Source: Clostridiales bacterium (GTDB taxonomy: Bacteria; Bacillota; Clostridia; Oscillospirales; CAG-272). From it: a stretch of DNA of 64,000 nucleotides. A program made the position numbers and the translations under genes. Shown here in pieces: positions 37,209-47,758 of the stretch. Under the pieces are notes generated by a model. It searched no databases and was not told where the DNA came from. It was given only the letters and a program-made list of their open reading frames with translations. The DNA lies in contig JAAWDG010000011.1 of assembly GCA_022793655.1 (NCBI GenBank), positions 115,135 to 179,134 of the forward strand, given 5' to 3'. Positions within the stretch are counted from its first letter, which is position 1, and each line of letters begins with the position of its first letter.

Positions 37209-37526
37209 ATGCCCGAGATTGAAAACGGCAAAGGAAAATACCTGGTATATAAGGGGAAACCGCTTGTCCGGGAAAATAATTTTATCTGTTATGGCAATAT
37301 GGAGGATGAATATATCCTTTTTTTGATGATTCTTTCACAAAAGGCAATTGAGACGTCAAAAGGAAAAGAAGAAGTGCCGGATATGATTTTGGTTCAAGTG
37401 TTAGGGCGCGAACCAGGCAAACCAGGGCACACAAAGATTGCAAAGCAGTGGAATAAGAACGGCTTGTATGAAGCACTTGACATTGGCATTGTTGCTATGG
37501 AAAGATTGAACGCCGAAACGAAATAG
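37209..37526 (+). CDS. Hypothetical small protein
   Basis: RBS ggaggtg, own promoter (TTGCAA-17-TATGAT) and a strong terminator. No family recognised. Confidence 0.5.
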   Translation: MPEIENGKGKYLVYKGKPLVRENNFICYGNMEDEYILFLMILSQKAIETSKGKEEVPDMILVQVLGREPGKPGHTKIAKQWNKNGLYEALDIGIVAMERLNAETK

Positions 37527-37564
37527 AAAAAAGAACTTTCTGCTTTTGCAGAAAGTTCTTTTTG
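37527..37564 (+). terminator. Intrinsic terminator
   Basis: 13-bp stem aagaactttctgc/gcagaaagttctt followed by ttt. Confidence 0.8.
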
Positions 37565-37705
37565 TTGGTAGTTCTATGAATAAAGTCTTGTGATGGGCTT
37601 TGCCGTAAACTGTGCAACGAAGTTTATTTCGGATGAGTAAGCGGTTTCGTTGATTTTATTTTTTGTGCGGTTCTGTTTAGCGAAAAATTTGAAGGAGGTA
37701 TCAAT

Positions 37706-38455
37706 ATGAATCAGGAAAAAAAAACGGCAGACAATAGGAATCATTCTCTCCCGGAAAACAGTTTTTATGTTGGCTTAAAAGACGGGGTGCCAATTGCGCT
37801 TGGCTATCTTTCGGTTTCTTTTACCTTTGGCATTATGGCGGTTGGCGCGGGACTTCCTGTTTGGGCGGCTGTTTTGGTGTCGATGCTCAATCTTACTTCG
37901 GCAGGGCAGTTTGCAGGCCTGCCGCTCCTTCTTTCCGGTTCTTGTATTGAAATGGCTTTAACTCAGTTGATCATTAATATGAGATATGCGCTGATGTCCC
38001 TCTCTCTTTCCCAAAAACTTCATCATTCTGTGAATATTCTTGATAGACTGCTGGTTGCATTTGGCAATACCGACGAAATTTTTGCCGTTGCCAGCAGCAA
38101 AAAAGGTGAGGTTGGAAAGCGTTATCTGTACGGCTTGATTTTAACTCCCTATTTTGGTTGGGCCTTTGGTACTTTGATTGGGGCCGCTGCCAGTAGCCTG
38201 TTGCCGCCGATGATTCAGTCGGCACTTGGCATTGCCATTTATGGTATGTTCCTTGCGGTTATTATTCCGCCTGCCAAACATTCTCGCCCTGTTTTAACGG
38301 TTGTGATTTTTTCTGTTGTTCTTAGCTGCATGTTTCGTTTTGTTCCGGGATTAAAGGAAGTTTCAAGCGGCTTTGTTATTATCATTTGTGCCGTTATAGC
38401 TGCTGGACTCGGCGCTGTGTGTTTTCCAGTGCAAACGAGAAAGGAGAAGGATTGA
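37706..38455 (+). CDS. azlC: Branched-chain amino acid exporter, large subunit AzlC
   Basis: GVPIALGYLSVSFTFGI...QLIINMRYALMS AzlC signature. RBS gaaggagg. Confidence 0.8.
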   Translation: MNQEKKTADNRNHSLPENSFYVGLKDGVPIALGYLSVSFTFGIMAVGAGLPVWAAVLVSMLNLTSAGQFAGLPLLLSGSCIEMALTQLIINMRYALMSLSLSQKLHHSVNILDRLLVAFGNTDEIFAVASSKKGEVGKRYLYGLILTPYFGWAFGTLIGAAASSLLPPMIQSALGIAIYGMFLAVIIPPAKHSRPVLTVVIFSVVLSCMFRFVPGLKEVSSGFVIIICAVIAAGLGAVCFPVQTRKEKD

Positions 38456-38778
38456 TGAAACCGTTATTTTGGCTTAATCTGCTTGTGATGGCCGGTGTGA
38501 CCTATTTGATCCGGATGGTGCCGCTTGTCGTATTTAAAAGTAAACTGGATAACGAGCGTATACAGTCTTTTTTGTACTATATTCCTTTTACTGTGCTGGG
38601 CGCGATGACGTTTCCGGAAATTCTTTTTTCTACCGGAAATATCTGGTCGGCCGCCGTTGGTTTAATGGTTGCGGCTTTTCTCGCCTATTTTGAAAAAGGA
38701 CTCGTAACAGTGGCACTTTCCGCCTGCGGCGCTGTCTTGTTAACCGAGTGTGTTCTTCAGTATTTTTTCACAGCCTGA
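38455..38778 (+). CDS. azlD: Branched-chain amino acid exporter, small subunit AzlD
   Basis: MKPLFWLNLLVMAGVTYLIRMVPL. ATG overlaps the azlC TGA (ATGA-type coupling). The track start at 38386 is unsupported. Confidence 0.75.
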   Translation: MKPLFWLNLLVMAGVTYLIRMVPLVVFKSKLDNERIQSFLYYIPFTVLGAMTFPEILFSTGNIWSAAVGLMVAAFLAYFEKGLVTVALSACGAVLLTECVLQYFFTA

Positions 38779-38872
38779 AGAAGCGGGGGAACGCTTGTTT
38801 TAAAGAGCGTGTTTGTAATGATATTAGTTTTGCTCGATAAATAGTTGAATCGAAGGATCGTTCATAAAAAAT

Positions 38873-38951
38873 CTTACAGTATAAAAGACGCGGCAATTTG
38901 CCGCGCCCTTTATACTGTAAGAAGAGATTCCCTCAATAATGGGAATCTCTT
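38873..38951. terminator. Two adjacent strong hairpins between convergent azlD and purA
   Basis: cttacagtataaa...tttatactgtaag enclosing gcggcaa/ttgccgc, then aagagattccc/gggaatctctt. Confidence 0.7.
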
Positions 38952-38985
38952 TATGAAGCTTTGCTCTTTTACAGAGCTTTCCGAT

Positions 38986-40260
38986 TTAAAACATAGTGAG
39001 ATAAGCATCTCGATCGGGTCCTACCGAAACGTAGCGAATGGGGCAGTTTACTGCCTTTTCAATAAATTTAATATAGTCGATCGCCTGTTTAGGTAGATCC
39101 TCAGGCCGTTTGGCGTGGCTGATATCACATTGCCAGCCTTCTAAATATTCATAGACTGGTTTGGCTTGATTGAGTGCTTCGCCAGATGGGAACAGGTCAA
39201 CCTGTTTGCCGTTAATATCATAAGCAACACAAACGGGAATTTTGTCCATGCAAGATAATACATCTAACTTTGTCAATGCCAATTCATCGGCACCTTGGCA
39301 AAGTACGCCATATTTGCTGGCTACCACATCAAATCCGCCTACTCGTCTGGGGCGTCCGGTAGCAGCGCCGTATTCACCGCCGGCTGCCCGGAGTGTTTCG
39401 GCCTCACTGCCGAACATTTCTACGGTAAAAGGACCTTCGCCCACACAAGTAGAATAAGCTTTCATAATACCAAGAGAACGATCGATTTTTAAGTGCGGCA
39501 CCCCAGCGCCAATCGGTGCATAAGCGGCAATGACATTCGAGGAAGATGTATAGGGATAGATACCAAAATCAATATCCCGCAAAGCGCCAAGCTGCGCTTC
39601 AAACATGATTCGTTTGCCAGCTTTGTTAGCTTGGTCAAGAAAAGCGGTGGTATCAATAATATAATCGCGCAGCGGCGCCCCATATGTTTCAAACCAATTG
39701 AGCATATCGTCCAGCGTATAGCCAGGAGCGTTGTAGATTTTAGTAATCGTGAGGTTTTTATACTCCAAAATGTTGGCTAAACGCTCTTTTAGATAGTCCA
39801 TATGCAGCAAATCGCCCATGCGAATGCCTTTTTTCATATACTTATCACCATAAACAGGCGCAATGCCACGGTTTGTAGAGCCAAATTTTTTATCACCCAG
39901 TCTGGCTTCTTCTAACTTATCGCAAGCAACGTCATAAGGAGGGCAGATAATTGCTTTATCGCTTATTTTTAGGTTTGCAGGCGAAATTGTTATGCCAGCC
40001 TCTCTTAGTTTTTTGATTTCGTTTACTAAGTGTTCAATGTCAATAACCATACCGTTGCCCATTACACAGGTAACTTCCGGACGCAGAATTCCAGAGGGCA
40101 GCAAATTTAAAATGAATTTGCCTTTGTTGTTAATCACTGTATGACCGGCGTTGTTGCCACCTTGGTAACGAACGACAATATCCTGCTCTTCACTGAGCAG
40201 ATCGACCATGCGTCCTTTGCCTTCATCACCCCAGTTGATGCCTACAATTGCTGTTAGCAT
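38986..40260 (-). CDS. purA: Adenylosuccinate synthase
   Basis: VGINWGDEGKGRMVD, GGNNAGHT, TNRGIAP. 424 aa. Confidence 0.93.
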   Translation of the reverse strand: MLTAIVGINWGDEGKGRMVDLLSEEQDIVVRYQGGNNAGHTVINNKGKFILNLLPSGILRPEVTCVMGNGMVIDIEHLVNEIKKLREAGITISPANLKISDKAIICPPYDVACDKLEEARLGDKKFGSTNRGIAPVYGDKYMKKGIRMGDLLHMDYLKERLANILEYKNLTITKIYNAPGYTLDDMLNWFETYGAPLRDYIIDTTAFLDQANKAGKRIMFEAQLGALRDIDFGIYPYTSSSNVIAAYAPIGAGVPHLKIDRSLGIMKAYSTCVGEGPFTVEMFGSEAETLRAAGGEYGAATGRPRRVGGFDVVASKYGVLCQGADELALTKLDVLSCMDKIPVCVAYDINGKQVDLFPSGEALNQAKPVYEYLEGWQCDISHAKRPEDLPKQAIDYIKFIEKAVNCPIRYVSVGPDRDAYLTMF

Positions 40261-40315
40261 TTTTGTGCCTCCTTCCTCTCTTAGAGAGGGCTCTATATGA
40301 TATAAATTTGTTTAT

Positions 40316-41254
40316 TTATTGAACATTCGGCGTGGGCCGCTCTTTCTTTTTTAGCAAAGAACAGGCGATTACGCCGTTTGTAACAAGTGCTATGATACTG
40401 CATAAATTGCTGAACAGCACGATTTTACTATATAACGATGCTTCGGGCAATGCCGCGGCAGCATCCAAAAGCTCAGTATAGTTACGAAATCCGAACGAAA
40501 GAAAAGCGTTCAGTTGAGAAAGAGCGGTTTGTATGCCAGGTGCAACCGCCGCCGCTAAGTTTACAACCACAGTCAATAAAATGCGCCCAAACAAATTTAA
40601 GGCGAAAAAACCAAATACGGTCGCTAATACAGGATGCTCTTTCCCGATACGACAGAACGAAATCGCTGCGTACAATAGGATGACAAAACGAAAATAAGAG
40701 CAAATCATATTGAAAATAATGGTTGTGCCAAATAACAAGTTAATATATCCTTTTTCTTTTACAATCTCAAGAAAGTCAGAAAGAACCTGTGTTTGTTTTT
40801 GCAGTTCAGCAGCGGTATCTTCGCCATAAATTTCTTCAATGCGCGGATCAATTTCTGTTGACAGAGAAGTATTCGCCATATCTGAATAATAAGGAGAGAG
40901 CAGCACACCGCCGGCCAAAAGAAGAAATACAAATAATTGTAAAAGAAGATGTGCTCCTATAGATTGTCCAAAAAAGGAAAATGGTTTTTCAAACCCTTCG
41001 TCTGCCTTCTTTTTTACTTGGTTATAATAGGCGGCTATATTGATGATGAATATGCTGATTAAGCAAACGATGCCAGAAATAATCATGCCTGCAAAAGCAA
41101 AGAGACTAAACGCAGCATACGAAAATGAAAAGCAGGCAGCTAAGATGGTGACGAGCGCAAAGCAGATAAAGAGAATAAGCTGTATTTTGCATTTTTTAAT
41201 GGTGACCCGTAGCTGAGACGAGAATATCTCCGAAAATATCTGCTGCATTATCAA
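40316..41254 (-). CDS. Polytopic membrane protein, unknown function
   Basis: At least 6 hydrophobic segments. No recognisable motif. Confidence 0.5.
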   Translation of the reverse strand: MIMQQIFSEIFSSQLRVTIKKCKIQLILFICFALVTILAACFSFSYAAFSLFAFAGMIISGIVCLISIFIINIAAYYNQVKKKADEGFEKPFSFFGQSIGAHLLLQLFVFLLLAGGVLLSPYYSDMANTSLSTEIDPRIEEIYGEDTAAELQKQTQVLSDFLEIVKEKGYINLLFGTTIIFNMICSYFRFVILLYAAISFCRIGKEHPVLATVFGFFALNLFGRILLTVVVNLAAAVAPGIQTALSQLNAFLSFGFRNYTELLDAAAALPEASLYSKIVLFSNLCSIIALVTNGVIACSLLKKKERPTPNVQ

Positions 41255-41418
41255 AATTCATCTTTCTTTCACAGTATAGTGTGTAATATTTTGGCATTTC
41301 GCCGCACAACCTTTATTATACCAAATAGCAGGTTTGCTTGTCAACCAATTTAAGAATATGATTTGTATCCTGAATAAAAGGGCTTTATGAAACTTTTGTA
41401 AAAAACAGAGTTAAATTC

Positions 41419-41447
41419 TTGTAATTTGGGAACAATCCGAATATACT
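41419..41447 (+). promoter_or_regulatory. Promoter of the marR-ABC operon
   Basis: TTGTAA, 17 nt, TATACT. Confidence 0.55.
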
Positions 41448-41449
41448 AT

Positions 41450-41471
41450 AAATTAGTTTTAAAACTAATTT
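41450..41471. promoter_or_regulatory. 22-bp perfect palindrome (candidate MarR operator)
   Basis: AAATTAGTTTT|AAAACTAATTT starts 3 bp after the -10 and covers the expected +1. Confidence 0.5.
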
Positions 41472-41490
41472 TAATAGGAGGAGCCCTAAT

Positions 41491-41988
41491 ATGAATGAGT
41501 GGGAAGAGAAAGAGCAAACACCGTTTATGGTGATTCACGACTTATCTAAAATATTTCATTGCCGATTGAGACAGTCAGCAGAGGAATCTGGTTTAAATGA
41601 AAGTTACCGTCATATCCTTTTTCACTTGGCACATCAAGATGGCGTAACTCAGTTAGCGTTGGCAAAGATGACTCGTTTAAAACCGCCGACGGTCAGCGTT
41701 ACCTTGCAAAAAATGCAGGAGGAGGGCTATGTAGAGCGAAAACGTGATGAAGAAGATCTGCGAAATACAAGAGTGTTTATTACAGAGAAAGGCCGCGCTT
41801 TCAATGAAGAAGCGAAAAGTCTGGTGGAATCATTAGATGCGGCGGCGATTGCAGGCTTTAACCAAGCGGAAATACAACAGTTGATGGCCATGCTTGTCCG
41901 CATCAGAGAAAACTTGGTGCCAAAAGAGTGGGATTTATCTAAAAAACATCGGCCTTGGCATCACACAAATCATGGAGGAATGGAATGA
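41491..41988 (+). CDS. MarR-family transcriptional regulator
   Basis: Winged helix LAHQDGVTQLALAKMTRLKPPTVSVTLQKMQEEGYVERKRD. Confidence 0.8.
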   Translation: MNEWEEKEQTPFMVIHDLSKIFHCRLRQSAEESGLNESYRHILFHLAHQDGVTQLALAKMTRLKPPTVSVTLQKMQEEGYVERKRDEEDLRNTRVFITEKGRAFNEEAKSLVESLDAAAIAGFNQAEIQQLMAMLVRIRENLVPKEWDLSKKHRPWHHTNHGGME

Positions 41989-43760
41989 AACGTTGGTATA
42001 AATACATAAGACCCTATCTTGCTTATTTTATCATTGGGCCTATTTGCATGATTGTCGAAGTATTAGGTGAGATTATCATGCCTAAGTTGCTTGCCTGCAT
42101 CATTGATTACGGTGCGCAAGGCGGGGATAAGCCCCCTTTGCTTGCGTGGTTTTACCAGTTGTTTGGGGCGGATACGCCTTTTATTTTGGCAATCATGGTT
42201 GGTATGATTTTAACAGCTGTACTGATGATGCTCGGCGGTATCGGCGGCGCCTATTTTGGTGCGAAAGCAGCAGTGAATTTTGCCGCCGATTTGCGGGAGG
42301 ATGTGTATGGCAAAGTACAACGCTTCTCGTTTGCTAACATTGATAAATTTTCAACCGGATCATTGGTGACAAGACTGACCAATGATGTCACCCAGCTGCA
42401 AAATTTTATTAATATGATGCTGCGCATGGCGCTTAGAGCGCCCGGTATGCTGATTGGCGCCTTGATTATGGCTGTCGTGCTAAACCCTTCTCTTACGTTG
42501 GTTTTGTGTGTAGCGCTGCCACTACTACTGCTAACCATTTCATTTTTTGTTATGAAAGGTTTTCCCCGATTTTCAGTCATGCAGGAGAAAATTGACCGAT
42601 TGAATTCAACCGTTCAAGAAAATATTACCAATGTGCGTGTGGTAAAATCCTTTGTTCGAGAGGATCTCGAAAAAGAGAAATTTAGAAACGCCAATGGCAA
42701 ATTGAAAGGCGCCGGCATGAATGCGATGATGATGATCATATTAATGTCGCCTGCTATGACCTTTTTTATGAATGCGACAACGATCGCTGTGTTATGGTTC
42801 GGTGGTAATATGGTAGTTGACGGCGGCATGTCAACAGGCGATTTAACTGCATTTGTGACCTACATCACACAAATTTTAATGTCACTTATGATGGTGACAA
42901 TGGTCTTTATGATGCTCTCTCGTGCCATGGCTTCGGGCCGCCGGATTGCAGAGGTGCTTGACGAGCCAATTGATATTGCCGATGATCATATAAAGGATCG
43001 TTCGCTTACCATTCAGCAAGGCAAGGTTGAGTTCCGCAATGTTTCGTTCCGCTATTATAAAAATAGTGAACAAGAAGTGTTAGATCATATTAACTTGACG
43101 ATTAAACCTGGTTCTATCACAGGCATTCTCGGTTCAACGGGAAGTGGAAAAACATCACTTGTGTCGATGATTCCGCGTTTATATGATTGTGATGAGGGCG
43201 AAGTGTTAGTAGATGACGTCAATGTAAAAGACTATACACTTTTTCATTTGCGAGAGGGTGTAGGCATGGTTTTGCAGAAAAATGTTCTGTTCTCGGGTAC
43301 TATTGAAGAAAACCTGCGATGGGGCGATCAAGACGCTTCGGAAGAAGAAATTCAGCATGTGGCGGCTCTTGCCCAAGCAGATAAATTTGTTCGTGCGTTT
43401 ACAGACGCTTATCAAACGGATCTTGAGCAGGGCGGCACGAACGTATCCGGCGGGCAAAAACAACGTCTATGCATTGCCAGAGCGCTGCTAAAGAAGCCTA
43501 AGATTTTAATTTTAGATGATTCCACCAGCGCGGTTGATACGGCGACCGAAACGCTGATTCGTAAGAGCCTGCGCGAAGATTTAAGCGATTCGACTAAAAT
43601 TATTATTGCACAGCGGATTTCCTCTGTCATAGAGGCTGATCAGATTGTTGTGATGGATGAGGGCTGTATTACAGGCATTGGAACGCATGAGGAGCTGTTG
43701 GCCTCAAATCAGACGTATCAGGAAATATATTATTCGCAAATGGATAAAAAGGAGGCTTGA
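41985..43760 (+). CDS. ABC exporter, fused permease/ATPase (heterodimer subunit 1)
   Basis: 6-TM domain plus GSTGSGKTS, LSGGQKQR, ILILDD. ATGA overlap with marR; RBS ggagg. Confidence 0.85.
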   Translation: MKRWYKYIRPYLAYFIIGPICMIVEVLGEIIMPKLLACIIDYGAQGGDKPPLLAWFYQLFGADTPFILAIMVGMILTAVLMMLGGIGGAYFGAKAAVNFAADLREDVYGKVQRFSFANIDKFSTGSLVTRLTNDVTQLQNFINMMLRMALRAPGMLIGALIMAVVLNPSLTLVLCVALPLLLLTISFFVMKGFPRFSVMQEKIDRLNSTVQENITNVRVVKSFVREDLEKEKFRNANGKLKGAGMNAMMMIILMSPAMTFFMNATTIAVLWFGGNMVVDGGMSTGDLTAFVTYITQILMSLMMVTMVFMMLSRAMASGRRIAEVLDEPIDIADDHIKDRSLTIQQGKVEFRNVSFRYYKNSEQEVLDHINLTIKPGSITGILGSTGSGKTSLVSMIPRLYDCDEGEVLVDDVNVKDYTLFHLREGVGMVLQKNVLFSGTIEENLRWGDQDASEEEIQHVAALAQADKFVRAFTDAYQTDLEQGGTNVSGGQKQRLCIARALLKKPKILILDDSTSAVDTATETLIRKSLREDLSDSTKIIIAQRISSVIEADQIVVMDEGCITGIGTHEELLASNQTYQEIYYSQMDKKEA

Positions 43761-43762
43761 GG

Positions 43763-45691
43763 ATGGGAAAACAAAGAACCTTGCAGGATTTACAGCGACA
43801 ATACAGCAAAGCGCCTTCAAGCCAAAGCGGTCCTGTTATGCCAGGACCGGGTCATGGCCCTGGCGGTGGACGCAGAGGGGGCGCGGCGAAGGGACGCCCC
43901 AAAAACACAAAACATACTATACGCCGTCTTTGGCATTACTTATCTGCTTATAAAGGCCGATTAGCGATTGTAATTGTGTGTATGCTGTTTAGTACCTTTA
44001 CTTCGCTTGCCGGTTCCTATATGCTGCGTCCTATTATCAACAACGTAGCCGATGCAGGAAAGACGGTTTCGGCACGTGTAGGTTATCTTGCTATGATTTT
44101 GTTGGTGTTAGGCTGCATTTATGCGGTTGGCGTTTTGTCTACTTATCTACAGGGACGCATGATGCTCACCATTTCACAAAACGCAGTTGAAAAATTACGA
44201 AACGATTTGTTCGATAAGATACAAACACTGCCTGTACGTTTTTTTGACAATAATTCGACGGGCGAGATTATGAGCCGTTTTACTAATGATGTTGATAATA
44301 TCGATACGATGATTAACAATACCATTACCAACCTGATTTCGGGTGCGGTCACGTTGGTTGGTACCTTTGTGATGATGGTGTATACCAATATCATTTTAAC
44401 CTTGATTACCGTGGCTTTTGTACCAATCTATTTGAAAGCGGGTATGGCGATTGCGGCTCGTTCAAGCAAATATTATGGGGCGCAGCAGGCAGCGCTCGGT
44501 GCTCTGAACGGCTATATGGAAGAAACCGTGACTGGCTCCAAAGTGATTAAGGTGTTTAATCATGAAGATGTTTGCAATGAAGAGTTTAAGCTGCTCAATG
44601 AAGATATGCGCGATAAACAATTTAAAGCGCAGTTTTACGGCGGCGTTGTGGGGCCTATTATGGGCAATACTTCGCAAATCAGCTATGCAGTTACAGCAGG
44701 CGTTGGCGGAGTCCTTTGCGTTCTTCGCGGCTTTGATGTAGGCGGGCTTTCGGTATTTTGCAATTATTCACGTCAATTTTCACAGCCGATTAATATGATT
44801 TCACAGCAAATGTCGACGATTTTTGCAGCCTTAGCCGGCGCGGAGCGAGTCTTTTCGGTTATGGATTTATCGCCTGAAGAGATTGACAGGCAAGGCGCGG
44901 ATGGTATTTTGCCTGAAAAAGAGGAGCAGGCTGCTGGGGGTGGTTTGACAGACACAATTCATGGCGATGTTGTACTTGAGCAAGTTACCTTTGGCTATAA
45001 TCCGGATAAAACGATTCTTAAAAATATTTCGCTTTATGCGCATCAGGGGCAGAAGATTGCCTTTGTCGGTTCAACCGGCGCGGGTAAGACCACGATCACA
45101 AATCTTCTCAATCGCTTCTATGATATCGAGAGCGGTAAAATCATGATTGACGGTCATGATATTAAAGAATATGATCGAGATCATTTGCGGCGCAATATTG
45201 CTATGGTACTGCAGGACACTCATTTGTTCACAGGGACTGTGATGGAAAACATTCGATATGGCCGTTTGGACGCAACCGATGAAGAGGTCATGGAGGCAGC
45301 CAAAACGGCGAGCGCGCATTCCTTTATTATGCGATTATCAGAAGGCTATCAGACCATGTTAGAGGGAGATGGAGCCAATTTGTCGCAAGGACAGCGTCAA
45401 TTGCTGAACATAGCGCGTGCTGCTTTGAGCAAAGCACCGATTTTGGTATTGGACGAGGCAACCTCCTCGGTGGATACAAGAACCGAAAGACATATCGAAC
45501 ATGGTATGGATCGATTAATGGCAAATCGAACAACTTTTGTGATTGCGCACCGGCTTTCCACTGTACGCAATGCCAATGCGATTATGGTGTTGGAAAACGG
45601 TAAGATTATTGAGAGGGGCAGCCATGAAGAACTGCTTGCGCTGAAAGGTCGATACTACGAACTGTATACAGGCAAGAAAGAATTAGATTAA
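43763..45691 (+). CDS. ABC exporter, fused permease/ATPase (heterodimer subunit 2)
   Basis: G/P/R-rich N-terminal tail, 6-TM domain, GSTGAGKTT, LSQGQRQL, ILVLDE. RBS aaggagg. Confidence 0.85.
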   Translation: MGKQRTLQDLQRQYSKAPSSQSGPVMPGPGHGPGGGRRGGAAKGRPKNTKHTIRRLWHYLSAYKGRLAIVIVCMLFSTFTSLAGSYMLRPIINNVADAGKTVSARVGYLAMILLVLGCIYAVGVLSTYLQGRMMLTISQNAVEKLRNDLFDKIQTLPVRFFDNNSTGEIMSRFTNDVDNIDTMINNTITNLISGAVTLVGTFVMMVYTNIILTLITVAFVPIYLKAGMAIAARSSKYYGAQQAALGALNGYMEETVTGSKVIKVFNHEDVCNEEFKLLNEDMRDKQFKAQFYGGVVGPIMGNTSQISYAVTAGVGGVLCVLRGFDVGGLSVFCNYSRQFSQPINMISQQMSTIFAALAGAERVFSVMDLSPEEIDRQGADGILPEKEEQAAGGGLTDTIHGDVVLEQVTFGYNPDKTILKNISLYAHQGQKIAFVGSTGAGKTTITNLLNRFYDIESGKIMIDGHDIKEYDRDHLRRNIAMVLQDTHLFTGTVMENIRYGRLDATDEEVMEAAKTASAHSFIMRLSEGYQTMLEGDGANLSQGQRQLLNIARAALSKAPILVLDEATSSVDTRTERHIEHGMDRLMANRTTFVIAHRLSTVRNANAIMVLENGKIIERGSHEELLALKGRYYELYTGKKELD

Positions 45692-45693
45692 TG

Positions 45694-45734
45694 AAAAAGA
45701 GCAGCTTGTTTTGCGAAACAAGCTGTTCTTTTGG
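45694..45734 (+). terminator. Intrinsic terminator
   Basis: 15-bp stem aagagcagcttgttt/aaacaagctgttctt. Confidence 0.75.
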
Positions 45735-45843
45735 TTGTTTAGGAATAGACTGGTAAGGTTAATGGTGCGGTATGTTCATATCAAATTCAAATCATAATGG
45801 TACCATATTTGCAAATCATGATCGTAAAGAGGAGCCGCTCATC

Positions 45844-47664
45844 ATGGCAAAAATGCTGAACAAAGAACCGATTCAAGTAAAAGCGCCCAGTGTTGAAGAG
45901 CAAGATGCTGCCGTAATAGAACCATTAGAATCGGTCTCTCAAGATTTGACAGAAGAAAATCACGTACGTCATAGCCATAAAAAACGAAAAAGTATCTGGA
46001 AAGATCATCGAAGTTATAAAAAGAGATTTCTTTTGTCCGCTTGTCTTTGGTTTGCTGTTGCGTTTACCTTTCTCTTTTTTGGACCAATTGAGATAACAGC
46101 AGGCAGTGGCGATTCGGTGCCTTTTACTATCTGGCAGATTACGCCCTTTATGGCTGGCGTGGCTATGATCGTGTTTATAGCTGGCGCCTTGCTTTTGCCT
46201 TTGCTGCGCGGTCGGGTGTTTAATTATACGCTTTGTGTTCTTGTTGCAGGGTTGATCGGCGGATATATACAAGGTAATTTTTTAAATGGTCAGCTTGGCG
46301 CACTCACAGGCGATGCGATTGATTGGCCAGGGCAAACAAAGAAAATGCTTTTGAATGTGCTGATTTGGCTGTGCATCCTATTTGTGCCTTTTGTGATACA
46401 TTTTTTGAGTCGTAAAGTATGGCGCCGGATGGTGGTTTTTCTTTCAGCAGGCCTTGTCGCTATGCAATCGGTCGCATTAGTCACTCTGTATGTTAGTGCA
46501 GCAAGATCAGAAACAGACGGCTGGTTTTTATCAGAAGATAGTATGTATACCTATTCAAACAAGAAAAATACGCTGTTATTTTTGCTGGATCGACTGGATT
46601 ATGACTATTTAGAGCAGGTGATGGAGACGGATTCCGACTTTTTTGATCGCTTAGATGGTTTTACATCCTATACGAATGCGATTTCTGAATATGCGAGGAC
46701 CATGCCGGCGGCTAATTTTATGCTGACAGGCAGTGAAGAAGCGTTTATGATTCCGCGAAAAGAGTTTTTCATAAAATCATGGGAAAATGAAGGACGCAAC
46801 GTGCTTCGAGCTATGCACAATGCGGGATACGAAGTCTCTATTTATTCGGATATCAAACATATGTTTGGTGATGGTGCATCTGCCAAAGAATATGTTTCAA
46901 ATATTACCACCGCCCATGATAAATTAAACAAACCGGCATTATATAAAAATTTAGTAACCTTATCGGCTTATCGATACACGCCTTTAGCGATGAAACCTTT
47001 TTTCTGGTGCTATACCGATGATGTGGCAAACAATGCGTTTATCGAAAGCAAACGATATGAAATCGATGAAGCAAAATATGCGGCGGGTTTTCGAGAAAAA
47101 ACTTCGATTGCCAATGAAGTAGGGTGTTTTAAGTTTTATCATTTTATGGGTCCGCATGCGCCTTATACTTTACGGGAGGACGGAACAAAAAGCCAAGAGC
47201 CTACATCAGTCATAGCGCAAACAAAAGGTTCTTTTCAAATTTTGTTTGATTTGTTTGACCGCATGAAAGAATTAGGGATATATGAGGACACGGCTATTTT
47301 AATTACCGCTGATCATGGTGATCCTGTCTATGATTCGGAACCAGTGCAGAAAGCAACCCGTATCGGATTGTTTTATAAGCCATCCGGCGTGCAGGGAACC
47401 CCGCTTGTCCGCTCAAAAGCGCCGGTATCGCTCAAGAATATTCCGGCGACATTGCTTAAGTCTATGGATTTAGATTATGAAGTTTATGGACGGCCTCTTG
47501 ATGAAATTGGCGAACAGGAGGCGATAAAACGTACTTTTTATAAATCAGTGACACATAACGGACGCGAAAAAGAACTCTATGTTTATGAAATCAATGGAAA
47601 TGCGGCCGAATTTGATCATTGGGTAATAAAAGAGAAACGAGAGATTGAGTATCCCTTTTATTAA
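45844..47664 (+). CDS. LtaS/sulfatase-superfamily membrane protein (phosphoglycerol-transferase-like)
   Basis: N-terminal polytopic region. Extracellular alkaline-phosphatase-fold motifs LLDRLDYDY and ITADHGDP. ATG at 45844 follows agaggag. Confidence 0.7.
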   Translation: MAKMLNKEPIQVKAPSVEEQDAAVIEPLESVSQDLTEENHVRHSHKKRKSIWKDHRSYKKRFLLSACLWFAVAFTFLFFGPIEITAGSGDSVPFTIWQITPFMAGVAMIVFIAGALLLPLLRGRVFNYTLCVLVAGLIGGYIQGNFLNGQLGALTGDAIDWPGQTKKMLLNVLIWLCILFVPFVIHFLSRKVWRRMVVFLSAGLVAMQSVALVTLYVSAARSETDGWFLSEDSMYTYSNKKNTLLFLLDRLDYDYLEQVMETDSDFFDRLDGFTSYTNAISEYARTMPAANFMLTGSEEAFMIPRKEFFIKSWENEGRNVLRAMHNAGYEVSIYSDIKHMFGDGASAKEYVSNITTAHDKLNKPALYKNLVTLSAYRYTPLAMKPFFWCYTDDVANNAFIESKRYEIDEAKYAAGFREKTSIANEVGCFKFYHFMGPHAPYTLREDGTKSQEPTSVIAQTKGSFQILFDLFDRMKELGIYEDTAILITADHGDPVYDSEPVQKATRIGLFYKPSGVQGTPLVRSKAPVSLKNIPATLLKSMDLDYEVYGRPLDEIGEQEAIKRTFYKSVTHNGREKELYVYEINGNAAEFDHWVIKEKREIEYPFY

Positions 47665-47692
47665 GCACGATATTTTGCATAAGATAGAAGAA

Positions 47693-47725
47693 AATCCCCG
47701 CTGTATACGTTTACAGCGGGGTTGT
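47693..47725. terminator. Bidirectional terminator
   Basis: ccccgctgta/tacagcgggg stem. Confidence 0.65.
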
Positions 47726-47758
47726 TATATCCTGTTTTTTGTCATAAAACAAAGCATT

